The notes beneath the pieces are model-generated. The model searched no databases and was not told where the DNA came from. It saw only the letters and a list, made by a program, of their open reading frames with translations. From Balanoglossus misakiensis (taxonomy: Eukaryota; Animalia; Hemichordata), in the NCBI GenBank assembly GCA_040954595.2, contig CM082593.2, positions 10,239,200 to 10,303,199 on the forward strand: a stretch of DNA of 64,000 bases. The letters are read 5' to 3'. Position 1 is the first letter of the stretch. The number at the start of each line of letters is the position of its first letter. The position numbers were made by a program, and so were the translations under genes. Positions 26,341 through 41,300 of the stretch are shown here, piece after piece.

Positions 26341-29300
26341 AACTTTGACACCGGGGTTTAAAATGCATACAGGGATACTAAAAGTTGACTGAAAATCCCT
26401 GGGTTAATACGTGTCCAAAAGCAATTTTATTTGACATTGCTAATGCAGCGATGACATTGAATCTGATTCTTTGCATCAGGGTAAATTGTGATGCAAGCTT
26501 GATGATGCAGCCCGGTAGATAGTGATGCAAACACTTCACTTTGACATGGGTATTTAATGCATGTGCATGGGTATTTAATGTTGACTGTAAATCCCCAGGT
26601 TAATTCTTGGCCAAAAGCACTGTAATTTGACATTGCTAATGCTACCGTGACACTAAATCTGATTCTTTGCATCAGGGTAAATTGTGAAGCAAGCTTGATG
26701 ATGCATCATGATAGATGGTGTTTCAAGCCCTTCACATTGACATTGGAATATAACGCATATGGGGATTGAAAGTTGATTGTGAATCCCCAGGTTAATACTT
26801 GGCCAAAAGCACTGTAATTTAAAATTGCTAATGCAATGGTGATATTCAATGCGATTCTTTGCATTAGGGGAAATGGTGTAGGAAGCCTAATGGTGCATCA
26901 GAGTAGATGGTGATGCAAGCTCTGCACTTTGACATAGGTATTTAATGCATATGCATGGGTATTTAATGTTGACTGTAAATCATCAGGTTAATACGTGGCC
27001 AAAAGCACTGTAATTTGACATTGCTAATGCTACCGTGACACTAAATCTGATTCTTTGCATCAGGTAAATTGTGAAGCAAGCTTGATGATGCATCATGATA
27101 GATGGTGTTTCAAGTCCTTCACATTGACATTGGAATATAACGCATATGGGGATTGAAAGTTGATTGTGAATCCCCAGGTTAATACTTGGCCAAAAGCACT
27201 GTAATTTAAAATTGCTAATGCAATGGTGACATTGAATTTGATTCTTTGCATTAGGGGAAATGGTGTAGGAAGCCTAATGGTGCATCAGAGTAGATGGTGA
27301 TGCAAGCTCTGCACTTTGACATAGGTATTTAATGCATATGCATGTGTATTTAATGTTGACTGTAAATCATCAGGTTAATACGTGGCCATAAGCACTGTAA
27401 TTTGACATTGCTAATGCAACAATGATATTGAATCTGATTCTTTGCATCAGGGTTAATGGCATTGCAGGCTTGATGATGCATCCCGGTAGATAGTGAGGCA
27501 AACACTTCACTTTGACATGGGTATTTAATGCATGCACATTGATATCTAAAGTTGACTCTAAATCCCGAGGTTAATACATGGCCAAAAGCACTGTAATTTT
27601 AAATTACTAATGCAAGGGTGACATTGAATATGGGTAAATGGTGAAGCAAACGTGATGATGCATCAGGATAGATGGTGTTTCAAGTCCTTCACATTGACTT
27701 TTGAATATAATGCATATGGGGATTTAAAGATGATTATAAATCCCTAGGTTAAGACATGGCCAAAAGAACTTTTATTTGACATTGCTAATGCAACAGTGAC
27801 ATTGAATCTGATTCTATGCATCAGGGTAAATGGCGAAGCAAGCTTAATGATGCATCAGGACAGATGGTGTTTCAAGCCCTTCACATTCACATTGGAATAT
27901 AACGCATATGGGGATTTGAAGTTGACTGTAAATCCTCAGGTTAATACGTGGCCAAAAGCAATTTTATTTGACATTGCTAATGCAATGGTGACATTGAATC
28001 TGATCCTATGCATCAGGGTAAATGGCGATGCAGGCTTGATGATGCATCACGGTAGATAGTGATGCAAACAGTTCACTTTGACATGGGTTTAAATGGATAT
28101 GGGGATTTCAAGTTGATTACAAATCCCTGGGTTAATACGTGTCCAAAAGCAATGTAATTTGACATTGCTAATGAAATGGTGACATTGAATGTAATTCTTT
28201 GCATTAGGGGAAATGGCTAAGCAAGCTTAATGATGCATTGGACTAGATGGTGATGCAAGCTATGCATTTTGACATACATATTTAATGCATATGCATGTGT
28301 ATTTAATGTTGACTATAAATCCTCAGGTGAATACATGGCCATAAGCACTATAATTTGACATTGCTAATGAAATGGTGACACTGAATCTGATTCTTTGCAT
28401 CAGGGCAAATGGCGAAGCAAGCTTAATGATGCATCGGAGTAGATGGTGATGCAAGCTCTGCATTTTGACATAGGTATTAAATGTATATACATGGATATTT
28501 AAAGTTGTCTGTAAAACCCCAGGTTAATACATGGCCATAAGCACTATAATTTGATATTGCTAATGAAATGGTGACACTGAATCTGATTCTTTGCATCAGG
28601 GCATATTGTGAAGCATGCTTGATGATGCATTAGGATCAATAGTGATGGAAACACTGCACTATGACATGGGCATTTAATGCATACGCATTGATATTTACAG
28701 TTGACTCTAAATCCCGAGGTTAATACATGGCTAAAAGCGCTGTTATTTAAAATTACTAATGCAAGGGTGACATTGACTATGGGTAAATGGTGAAGCAAAC
28801 GTGATGATGCATCAGGATAGATGGTGTTTTAAGCCCTTCACATTGACTTTTGAATATAATGCATATGGAGATTTAAAGTTGATTGTAAATCCCTAGGTTA
28901 ATACATGGCCAAAAGCAATTTTATTTGACATTGCTAATTGAACGATGACATTGATCCGATTCTTTGCATCAGGGTAAATGGCGATGCAAGCTTGATGATG
29001 CATCACGGTAGATAGTGATGCAAACACTTTACTTTGACATGGGTATTAAATGCATATGGGGATTTCAAGTTGATTACAAATCCCTGGGTTAATACGCGTC
29101 CAAAAGCACTGTAATTTGACATTGCTAATGCGATGTTGACATTGAATGTAATTCTCCGCATTAGGGCAAATGGCAAAGCAAGCTTAATGATGCAATGGAG
29201 TAGACGGTGATGCAAGCTATGCATTTTGACATAGGTATTTAATGCATGTGCATGGGTATTTAATGTTGAATGTAAATTCTCAGGTTAATACATCTCCAAA

Positions 29301-32300
29301 AGCACTGTAATTTAAAATTGCTAATGTAAGGGTGACATTGAATCTGATTCTTTGCATTAGGGGAAATGGCGTAGCAAGCCTAATGATCCATCTGAGTAGA
29401 TGGTGATGCAAGCTAAGCATTTTGACATAGGTACTAAATGTATATACATGGGTATTTAAAGTTGTCTGTAAATCCCCAGGTTAATACATGGCCATAAGCA
29501 CTATAATTTGACATTGCTAATGAAATGGTGACACTGAATCTGATTCTTTGCATCAGGGCATATTGTGAAGCATGCTTGATGATGCATTAGGGTCAATAGT
29601 GATGGAAACACTGCACTATGACATGGGTATTTAATGCATACGCATTGATATTTACAGTTGACTCTAAATCCCGAGGTTAATACATGGCTAAAAGCGCTGT
29701 AATTTAAAATTACTAATGCAAAGGTTACATTGAATATGGGTAAATGGTGAAGCAAGCTTGAAGATGCATGAGGGTAGCTGGTGTTTCAAGCCCTTCACAT
29801 TGACATTGGAATATAATTCATATGGGGATTTAAAATTGATTGTAAATCCCTAGGTTAATACATGGCCAAAAGCACTGTAATTTAAAATTGCTAATGCAAT
29901 GGTGACATTGAATGTGATTCTTTGCATCAGGGCATATTGTGAAGCATGCTTGATGATGCATTAGGGTCAATAGTGATGGAAACACTGCACTATGACATGG
30001 GTATTTAATGCATACGCATTGATATTTACAGTTGACTCTTAATCCCGAGGTTAATACATGGCTAAAAGCACTGTAATTTAAAATTACTAATGCAAAGGTT
30101 ACATTGAATATGGGTAAATGGTGAAGCAAGCTTGAAGATGCATCAGGGTAGATGGTGTTTCAAGCCCTTCACATTGACATTGGAATATAATGCATATGGG
30201 GATTTAAAATTGATTGTAAATCCCTAGGTTAATACGTGGCCAAAAGCAATTTTATTTGACATTGCTAATGCAACGATGACATTGAATCCGATTCTTTGTA
30301 TCAGGGTAAATGGCGATGCAAGCTTGATGATGCATCACGGCAGATAGTGATGCAAACACTTCACTTTGACATGGGCATTAAATGCATATGGGGATTTCAA
30401 GTTGATTACAAATCCCTGGGTTAATACGCGTCCAAAAGCACTGTAATTTGAAATTGCTAATGCGATGTTGACATTGAATGTAATTCTCCGCATTAGGGCA
30501 AATGGCAAAGCAAGCTTAATGATGCAATGGAGTAGACGGTGGTGCATGCTATGCATGTTGACATAGGTATTTAATGCATGTGCATAGGTATTTAATGTTG
30601 AATGTAAATTCCCAGGTTAATACATCTCCAAAAGCACTGTAATTTAAAATTGCTAATGTAAGGGTGACATTGAATCTGATTCTTTGCATTATGGGAAATG
30701 GCGTAGCAAGCCTAATGATCCATCTGAGTAGATGCTGATGCAAGCTAAGCATTTTGATATAGGTACTAAATGTATATACATGGGTATTTAAAGTTGTCTG
30801 TAAATCCCCAGGTTAATACTTGGCAAAAAGCAATTTTATTTGACATTGCTAATGAAATGGTGACACTGAATCTGATTCTTTGCATCAGGGTAAATGGCGA
30901 TGCAAGCTTGATGATGCATCCCGGTAGATAGTGATGCAAACACTTCACTGTGACATGGGTATTAAATGCATATGGGGATTAAAAGTTGACTGAAAATCCC
31001 TGGGTTAATACAAGTCCAAAAGCACTGAAATTTGACATAGCTAATACAATGGTGACATTGAATGTGATTCTTTGCATTAGGGGAAATGGCGTAGCAAGCC
31101 TAATGATGCATCAGTGTAGATGGTGATCCAAGCTATGCTTTTTGACATAGGTATTTAATGCATGTGCATGGGTATTTAATGTTGACTGTAAATCCCTGGG
31201 TTAATACAAATCCAAAAGCACTGTAATTTGACATTGCTAATACAACGGTGTCATTTAATCTGATTCTTTGCATCAGGGCAAATTGCGAAGCAAGCTTAAT
31301 GATGCATCGGAGTATATGGTGATGCAAGCTATGCACTTTGACATACGTATTTAATGCATATGCATTGGTATTTAATGTTGACTGTAAATCCCCAGGTTAA
31401 TACGTGGCCAAAAGCACTGTAATTTGACATTGCTAATGCTACCGTGACACTAAATATGATTCTTTGCATTAGGGTAAATTGTGAAGCAAGCTTGATGATG
31501 CATCAGGATAGATGGTGTTTTAAGCCCCTCACATTGACATTGGAATATAACGCATATGGTGATTTAAAGTTAATTGTAAATACCCAGGTTAATACATGGC
31601 CAAAAGCACTGTAATTTAAAATTGCTAATGCAATGGTGACATTGAATGTGATTCTTTGCATTAGGGGAACTGGCGTAGCAATCCTAATAGTGCATCAGAG
31701 TAGATGGTGATGCAAGCTCTGCACTTAGACATAGGTATTTAATGCATATGCATGTGTATTTAATGTTGACTATAAATCCTCAGGTGAATACATGGCCATA
31801 AACACTATAATTTGACATTGCTAATGAAATGGTGACACTGAATCTGATTCTTTGCATCAGGGCATATTGTGAAGCATGCTTGATGATGCATTAGGGTCAA
31901 TAGTGATGGAAACACTGCACTATGACATGGGTATTTAATGCATACGCATTGATATTTACAGTTGACTCTAAATCCCGAGGTTTATACATGGCTAAAAGCG
32001 CTGTAATTTAAAATTACTAATGCAAAGGTTACATTGAATATGGGTAAATGGTGAAGCAAGCTTGAAGATGCATCAGGGTAGCTGGTGTTTCAAGCCCTTC
32101 ACATTGACATTGGAATATAATGCATATGGGGATTTAAAGTTGATTGTAAATCCCTAGGTTAATACATGGCCAAAAGCAATTTTATTTGACATTGCTAATT
32201 GAACGATGACATTGAATCCGATTCTTTGCATCAGGGTAAATGGCGATGCAAGCTTGATGATGCATCACGGTAGATAGTGATGCAAACACTTTACTTTGAC

Positions 32301-35300
32301 ATGGGTATTAAATGCATATGGGGATTTCAAGTTGATTACAAATCCCTGGGTTAATACGCGTCCAAAAGCACTGTAATTTGACATTGCTAATGCGATGTTG
32401 ACATTGAATGTAATTCTCCGCATTAGGGCAAATGGCAAAGCAAGCTTAATGATGCAATGGAGTAGACCGTGATGCAAGCTATGCATTTTGACATAGGTAT
32501 TTAATGCATGTGCATGGGTATTAAATGTTGAATGTAAATTCTCAGGTTAATACATCTCCAAAAGCACTGTAATTTAAAATTGCTAATGTAAGGGTGACAT
32601 TGAATCTGATTCTTTGCATTAGGGGAAATGGCGTAGCAAGCCTAATGATCCATCTGAGTAGATGGTGATGCAAGCTAAGCATTTTGACATAGGTACTAAA
32701 TGTATATACATGGGTATTTAAAGTTGTCTGTAAATCCCCAGGTTAATACATGGCCATAAGCATTATAATTTGACATTGCTAATGAAATGGTGACACTGAA
32801 TCTGATTCTTTGCATCAGGGTAAATGGCGATGCAAGCTTGATGATGCATCCCGGTAGATAGTGATGCAAACACTTCACTGTGACATGGGTATTAAATGCA
32901 TATGGGGATTAAAAGTTGACTGAAAATCCCTGGGTTAATACAAGTCCAAAAGCACTGAAATTTGACATAGCTAATACAATGGTGACATTGAATGTGATTC
33001 TTTGCATTAGGGGAAATGGCGTAGCAAGCCTAATGATGCATCAGTGTAGATGGTGATCCAAGCTATGCTTTTTGACATAGGTATTTAATGCATGTGCATG
33101 GGTATTTAATGTTGACTGTAAATCCCTGGGTTAATACAAATCCAAAAGCACTGTAATTTGACATTGCTAATACAACGGTGTCATTTAATCTGATTCTTTG
33201 CATCAGGGCAAATTGCGAAGCAAGCTTAATGATGCATCGGAGTATATGGTGATGCAAGCTATGCACTTTGACATACGTATTTAATGCATATGCATTGGTA
33301 TTTAATGTTGACTGTAAATCCCCAGGTTAATACGTGGCCAAAAGCACTGTAATTTGACATTGCTAATGCTACCGTGACACTAAATCTGATTCTTTGCATT
33401 AGGGTAAATTGTGAAGCAAGCTTGATGATGCATCAGGATAGATGGTGTTTTAAGCCCCTCACATCGACATTGGAATATAACGCATATGGGGATTTAAAGT
33501 TAATTGTAAATACCCAGGTTAATACATGTCCAAAAGCACTGTAATTTAAAATTGCTAATGCAATGGTGACATTGAATGTGATTCTTTGCATTAGGGGAAC
33601 TGGCGTAGCAATCCTAATAGTGCATCAGAGTAGATGGTGATGCAAGCTTTGCACTTTGACATAGGTATTTAATGCATATGCATGTGTATTTAATGTTGAC
33701 TATAAATCCTCAGGTGAATACATGGCCATAAACACTATAATTTGACATTGCTAATGAAATGGTGACACTGAATCTGATTCTTTGCATCAGGGCATATTGT
33801 GAAGCATGCTTGATGATGCATTAGGGTCAATAGTGATGGAAACACTGCACTATGACATGGGTATTTAATGCATACGCATTGATATTTACAGTTGACTCTA
33901 AATCCCGAGGTTTATACATGGCTAAAAGCGCTGTAATTTAAAATTACTAATGCAAAGGTTACATTGAATATGGGTAAATGGTGAAGCAAGCTTGAAGATG
34001 CATCAGGGTAGCTGGTGTTTCAAGCCCTTCACATTGACATTGGAATATAATGCATATGGGGATTTAAAGTTGATTGTAAATCCCTAGGTTAATACATGGC
34101 CAAAAGCAATTTTATTTGACATTGCTAATTGAACGATGACATTGAATCCGATTCTTTGCATCAGGGTAAATGGCGATGCAAGCTTGATGATGCATCACGG
34201 TAGATAGTGATGCAAACACTTTACTTTGACATGGGTATTAAATGCATATGGGGATTTCAAGTTGATTACAAATCCCTGGGTTAATACGCGTCCAAAAGCA
34301 CTGTAATTTGACATTGCTAATGCGATGTTGACATTGAATGTAATTCTCCGCATTAGGGCAAATGGCAAAGCAAGCCTAATGATGCAATGGAGTAGACCGT
34401 GATGCAAGCTATGCATTTTGACATAGGTATTTAATGCATGTGCATGGGTATTAAATGTTGAATGTAAATTCTCAGGTTAATACATCTCCAAAAGCACTGT
34501 AATTTAAAATTGCTAATGTAAGGGTGACATTGAATCTGATTCTTTGCATTAGGGGAAATGGCGTAGCAAGCCTAATGATCCATCTGAGTAGATGGTGATG
34601 CAAGCTAAGCATTTTGACATAGGTACTAAATGTATATACATGGGTATTTAAAGTTGTCTGTAAATCCCCAGGTTAATACATGGCCATAAGCATTATAATT
34701 TGACATTGCTAATGAAATGGTGACACTGAATCTGATTCTTTGCATCAGGGCATATTGTGAAGCATGCTTGATGATGTATTAGGGTCAATAGTGATGGAAA
34801 CACTGCACTATGACATGGGTATTTAATGCATACGCATTGATATTTACAGTTGACTCTAAATCCCGAGGTTAATACATGGCTAAAAGCGCTGTAATTTAAA
34901 ATTACTAATGCAAAGGTTACATTGAATATGGGTAAATGGTGAAGCAAGCTTGAAGATGCATCAGGGTAGCTGGTGTTTCAAGCCCTTCACATTGACATTG
35001 GAATATAATGCATATGGGGATTTAAAATTGATTGTAAATCCCTAGGTTAATACATGGCCAAAAGCACTGTAATTTAAAATTGCTAGTGCAATGGTGACAT
35101 TGAATGTGATTCTTTGCATCAGGGCATATTGTGAAGCATGCTTGATGATGCATTAGGGTCAATAGTGATGGAAACACTGCACTATGACATGGGTATTTAA
35201 TGCATACGCATTGATATTTACAGTTGACTCTTAATCCCGAGGTTAATACATGGCTAAAAGCACTGTAATTTAAAATTACTAATGCAAAGGTTACATTGAA

Positions 35301-38300
35301 TATGGGTAAATGGTGAAGCAAGCTTGAAGATGCATCAGGGTAGATGGTGTTTCAAGCCCTTCACATTGACATTGGAATATAATGCATATGGGGATTTAAA
35401 ATTGATTGTAAATCCCTAGGTTAATACGTGGCCAAAAGCAATTTTATTTGACATTGCTAATGCAACGATGACATTGAATCCGATTCTTTGTATCAGGGTA
35501 AATGGCGATGCAAGCTTGATGATGCATCACGGTAGATAGTGATGCAAACACTTCACTTTGACATGGGCATTAAATGCATATGGGGATTTCAAGTTGATTA
35601 CAAATCCCTGGGTTAATACGCGTCCAAAAGCACTGTAATTTGACATTGCTAATGCGATGTTGACATTGAATGTAATTCTCCGCATTAGGGCAAATGGCAA
35701 AGCAAGCTTAATGATGCAATGGAGTAGACGGTGATGCAAGCTATGCATTTTGACATAGGTATTTAATGCATGTGCATGGGTATTTAATGTTGAATGTAAA
35801 TTCCCAGGTTAATACATCTCCAAAAGCACTGTAATTTAAAATTGCTAATGTAAGGGTGACATTGAATCTGATTCTTTGCATTATGGGAAATGGCGTAGCA
35901 AGCCTAATGATGCATCTGAGTAGATGGTGATGCAAGCTAAGCATTTTGATATAGGTACTAAATGTATATACATGGGTATTTAAAGTTGTCTGTAAATCCC
36001 CAGGTTAATACTTGGCAAAAAGCAATTTTATTGGACATTGCTAATGAAATGGTGACACTGAATCTGATTCTTTGCATCAGGGTAAATGGCGATGCAAGCT
36101 TGATGATGCATCCCGGTAGATAGTGATGCAAACACTTCACTGTGACATGGGTATTAAATGCATATGGGGATTAAAAGTTGACTGAAAATCCCTGGGTTAA
36201 TACAAGTCCAAAAGCACTGAAATTTGACATAGCTAATACAATGGTGACATTGAATGTGATTCTTTGCATTAGGGGAAATGGCGTAGCAAGCCTAATGATG
36301 CATCAGTGTAGATGGTGATCCAAGCTATGCTTTTTGACATAGGTATTTAATGCATGTGCATGGGTATTTAATGTTGACTGTAAATCCCTGGGTTAATACA
36401 AATCCAAAAGCACTGTAATTTGACATTGCTAATACAACGGTGTCATTTAATCTGATTCTTTGCATCAGGGCAAATTGCGAAGCAAGCTTAATGATGCATC
36501 GGAGTATATGGTGATGCAAGCTATGCACTTTGACAAACGTATTTAATGCATATGCATTGGTATTTAATGTTGACTGTAAATCCCCAGGTTAATACGTGGC
36601 CAAAAGCACTGTAATTTGACATTGCTAATGCTACCGTGACACTAAATCTGATTCTTTGCATTAGGGTAAATTGTGAAGCAAGCTTGATGATGCATCAGGA
36701 TAGATGGTGTTTTAAGCCCCTCACATCGACATTGGAATATAACGCATATGGGGATTTAAAGTTAATTGTAAATACCCAGGTTAATACATGGCCAAAAGCA
36801 CTGTAATTTAAAATTGCTAATGCAATGGTGACATTGAATGTGATTCTTTGCATTAGGGGAACTGGCGTAGCAATCCTAATAGTGCATCAGAGTAGATGGT
36901 GATGCAAGCTCTGCACTTTGACATAGGTATTTAATGCATATGCATGTGTATTTAATGTTGACTATAAATCCTCAGGTGAATACATGGCCATAAACACTAT
37001 AATTTGACATTGCTAATGAAATGGTGACACTGAATCTGATTCTTTGCATCAGGGCATATTGTGAAGCATGCTTGATGATGCATTAGGGTCAATAGTGATG
37101 GAAACACTGCACTATGACATGGGTATTTAATGCATACGCATTGATATTTACAGTTGACTCTAAATCCCGAGGTTTATACATGGCTAAAAGCGCTGTAATT
37201 TAAAATTACTAATGCAAAGGTTACATTGAATATGGGTAAATGGTGAAGCAAGCTTGAAGATGCATCAGGGTAGCTGGTGTTTCAAGCCCTTCACATTGAC
37301 ATTGGAATATAATGCATATGGGGATTTAAAGTTGATTGTAAATCCCTAGGTTAATACATGGCCAAAAGCAATTTTATTTGACATTGCTAATTGAACGATG
37401 ACATTGAATCCGATTCTTTGCATCAGGGTAAATGGCGATGCAAGCTTGATGATGCATCACGGTAGATAGTGATGCAAACACTTTACTTTGACATGGGTAT
37501 TAAATGCATATGGGGATTTCAAGTTGATTACAAATCCCTGGGTTAATACGCGTCCAAAAGCACTGTAATTTGACATTGCTAATGCGATGTTGACATTGAA
37601 TGTAATTCTCCGCATTAGGGCAAATGGCAAAGCAAGCCTAATGATGCAATGGAGTAGACCGTGATGCAAGCTATGCATTTTGACATAGGTATTTAATGCA
37701 TGTGCATGGGTATTAAATGTTGAATGTAAATTCTCAGGTTAATACATCTCCAAAAGCACTGTAATTTAAAATTGCTAATGTAAGGGTGACATTGAATCTG
37801 ATTCTTTGCATTAGGGGAAATGGCGTAGCAAGCCTAATGATCCATCTGAGTAGATGGTGATGCAAGCTAAGCATTTTGACATAGGTACTAAATGTATATA
37901 CATGGGTATTTAAAGTTGTCTGTAAATCCCCAGGTTAATACATGGCCATAAGCATTATAATTTGACATTGCTAATGAAATGGTGACACTGAATCTGATTC
38001 TTTGCATCAGGGCATATTGTGAAGCATGCTTGATGATGTATTAGGGTCAATAGTGATGGAAACACTGCACTATGACATGGGTATTTAATGCATACGCATT
38101 GATATTTACAGTTGACTCTAAATCCCGAGGTTAATACATGGCTAAAAGCGCTGTAATTTAAAATTACTAATGCAAAGGTTACATTGAATATGGGTAAATG
38201 GTGAAGCAAGCTTGAAGATGCATCAGGGTAGCTGGTGTTTCAAGCCCTTCACATTGACATTGGAATATAATGCATATGGGGATTTAAAATTGATTGTAAA

Positions 38301-41300
38301 TCCCTAGGTTAATACATGGCCAAAAGCACTGTAATTTAAAATTGCTAGTGCAATGGTGACATTGAATGTGATTCTTTGCATCAGGGCATATTGTGAAGCA
38401 TGCTTGATGATGCATTAGGGTCAATAGTGATGGAAACACTGCACTATGACATGGGTATTTAATGCATACGCATTGATATTTACAGTTGACTCTTAATCCC
38501 GAGGTTAATACATGGCTAAAAGCACTGTAATTTAAAATTACTAATGCAAAGGTTACATTGAATATGGGTAAATGGTGAAGCAAGCTTGAAGATGCATCAG
38601 GGTAGATGGTGTTTCAAGCCCTTCACATTGACATTGGAATATAATGCATATGGGGATTTAAAATTGATTGTAAATCCCTAGGTTAATACGTGGCCAAAAG
38701 CAATTTTATTTGACATTGCTAATGCAACGATGACATTGAATCCGATTCTTTGTATCAGGGTAAATGGCGATGCAAGCTTGATGATGCATCACGGTAGATA
38801 GTGATGCAAACACTTCACTTTGACATGGGCATTAAATGCATATGGGGATTTCAAGTTGATTACAAATCCCTGGGTTAATACGCGTCCAAAAGCACTGTAA
38901 TTTGACATTGCTAATGCGATGTTGACATTGAATGTAATTCTCCGCATTAGGGCAAATGGCAAAGCAAGCTTAATGATGCAATGGAGTAGACGGTGATGCA
39001 AGCTATGCATTTTGACATAGGTATTTAATGCATGTGCATGGGTATTTAATGTTGAATGTAAATTCCCAGGTTAATACATCTCCAAAAGCACTGTAATTTA
39101 AAATTGCTAATGTAAGGGTGACATTGAATCTGATTCTTTGCATTATGGGAAATGGCGTAGCAAGCCTAATGATGCATCTGAGTAGATGGTGATGCAAGCT
39201 AAGCATTTTGATATAGGTACTAAATGTATATACATGGGTATTTAAAGTTGTCTGTAAATCCCCAGGTTAATACTTGGCAAAAAGCAATTTTATTGGACAT
39301 TGCTAATGAAATGGTGACACTGAATCTGATTCTTTGCATCAGGGTAAATGGCGATGCAAGCTTGATGATGCATCCCGGTAGATAGTGATGCAAACACTTC
39401 ACTGTGACATGGGTATTAAATGCATATGGGGATTAAAAGTTGACTGAAAATCCCTGGGTTAATACAAGTCCAAAAGCACTGAAATTTGACATAGCTAATA
39501 CAATGGTGACATTGAATGTGATTCTTTGCATTAGGGGAAATGGCGTAGCAAGCCTAATGATGCATCAGTGTAGATGGTGATCCAAGCTATGCTTTTTGAC
39601 ATAGGTATTTAATGCATGTGCATGGGTATTTAATGTTGACTGTAAATCCCTGGGTTAATACAAATCCAAAAGCACTGTAATTTGACATTGCTAATACAAC
39701 GGTGTCATTTAATCTGATTCTTTGCATCAGGGCAAATTGCGAAGCAAGCTTAATGATGCATCGGAGTATATGGTGATGCAAGCTATGCACTTTGACAAAC
39801 GTATTTAATGCATATGCATTGGTATTTAATGTTGACTGTAAATCCCCAGGTTAATACGTGGCCAAAAGCACTGTAATTTGACATTGCTAATGCTACCGTG
39901 ACACTAAATCTGATTCTTTGCATTAGGGTAAATTGTGAAGCAAGCTTGATGATGCATCAGGATAGATGGTGTTTTAAGCCCCTCACATTGACATTGGAAT
40001 ATAACGCATATGGGTATTTAAAGTTAATTGTAAATACCCAGGTTAATACATGGCCAAAAGCACTGTAATTTAAAATTGCTAATGCAATGGTGACATTGAA
40101 TGTGATTCTTTGCATTAGGGGAACTGGCGTAGCAATCCTTATAGTGCATCAGAGTAGATGGTGATGCAAGCTCTGCACTTTGACATAGGTATTTAATGCA
40201 TATGCATGTGTATTTAATGTTGACTATAAATCCTCAGGTGAATACATGGCCATAAACACTATAATTTGACATTGCTAATGAAATGGTGACACTGAATCTG
40301 ATTCTTTGCATCAGGGCATATTGTGAAGCATGCTTGATGATGCATTAGGGTCAATAGTGATGGAAACACTGCACTATGACATGGGTATTTAATGCATACG
40401 CATTGATATTTACAGTTGACTCTAAATCCCGAGGTTTATACATGGCTAAAAGCGCTGTAATTTAAAATTACTAATGCAAAGGTTACATTGAATATGGGTA
40501 AATGGTGAAGCAAGCTTGAAGATGCATCAGGGTAGCTGGTGTTTCAAGCCCTTCACATTGACATTGGAATATAATGCATATGGGGATTTAAAATTGATTG
40601 TAAATCCCTAGGTTAATACATGGCCAAAAGCACTGTAATTTAAAATTGCTAATGCAATGGTGACATTGAATGTGATTCTTTGCATCAGGGCATATTGTGA
40701 AGCATGCTTGATGATGCATTAGGGTCAATAGTGATGGAAACACTGCACTATGACATGGGTATTTAATGCATACGCATTGATATTTACAGTTATCTCTTAA
40801 TCCCGAGGTTAATACATGGCTAAAAGCACTGTAATTTAAAATTACTAATGCAAAGGTTACATTGAATATGGGTAAATGGTGAAGCAAGCTTGAAGATGCA
40901 TCAGGGTAGATGGTGTTTCAAGCCCTTCACATTGACATTGGAATATAATGCATATGGGGATTTAAAATTGATTGTAAATCCCTAGGTTAATACGTGGCCA
41001 AAAGCAATTTTATTTGACATTGCTAATGCAACGATGACATTGAATCCGATTCTTTGTATCAGGGTAAATGGCGATGCAAGCTTGATGATGCATCACGGTA
41101 GATAGTGATGCAAACACTTCACTTTGACATGGGCATTAAATGCATATGGGGATTTCAAGTTGTTTACAAATCCCTGGGTTAATACGCATCCAAAAGCACT
41201 GTAATTTGACATTGCTAATGCGATGTTAACATTGAATGTAATTCTCCGCATTAGGGCAAATGGCAAAGCAAGCTTAATGATGCAATGGAGTAGACGGTGA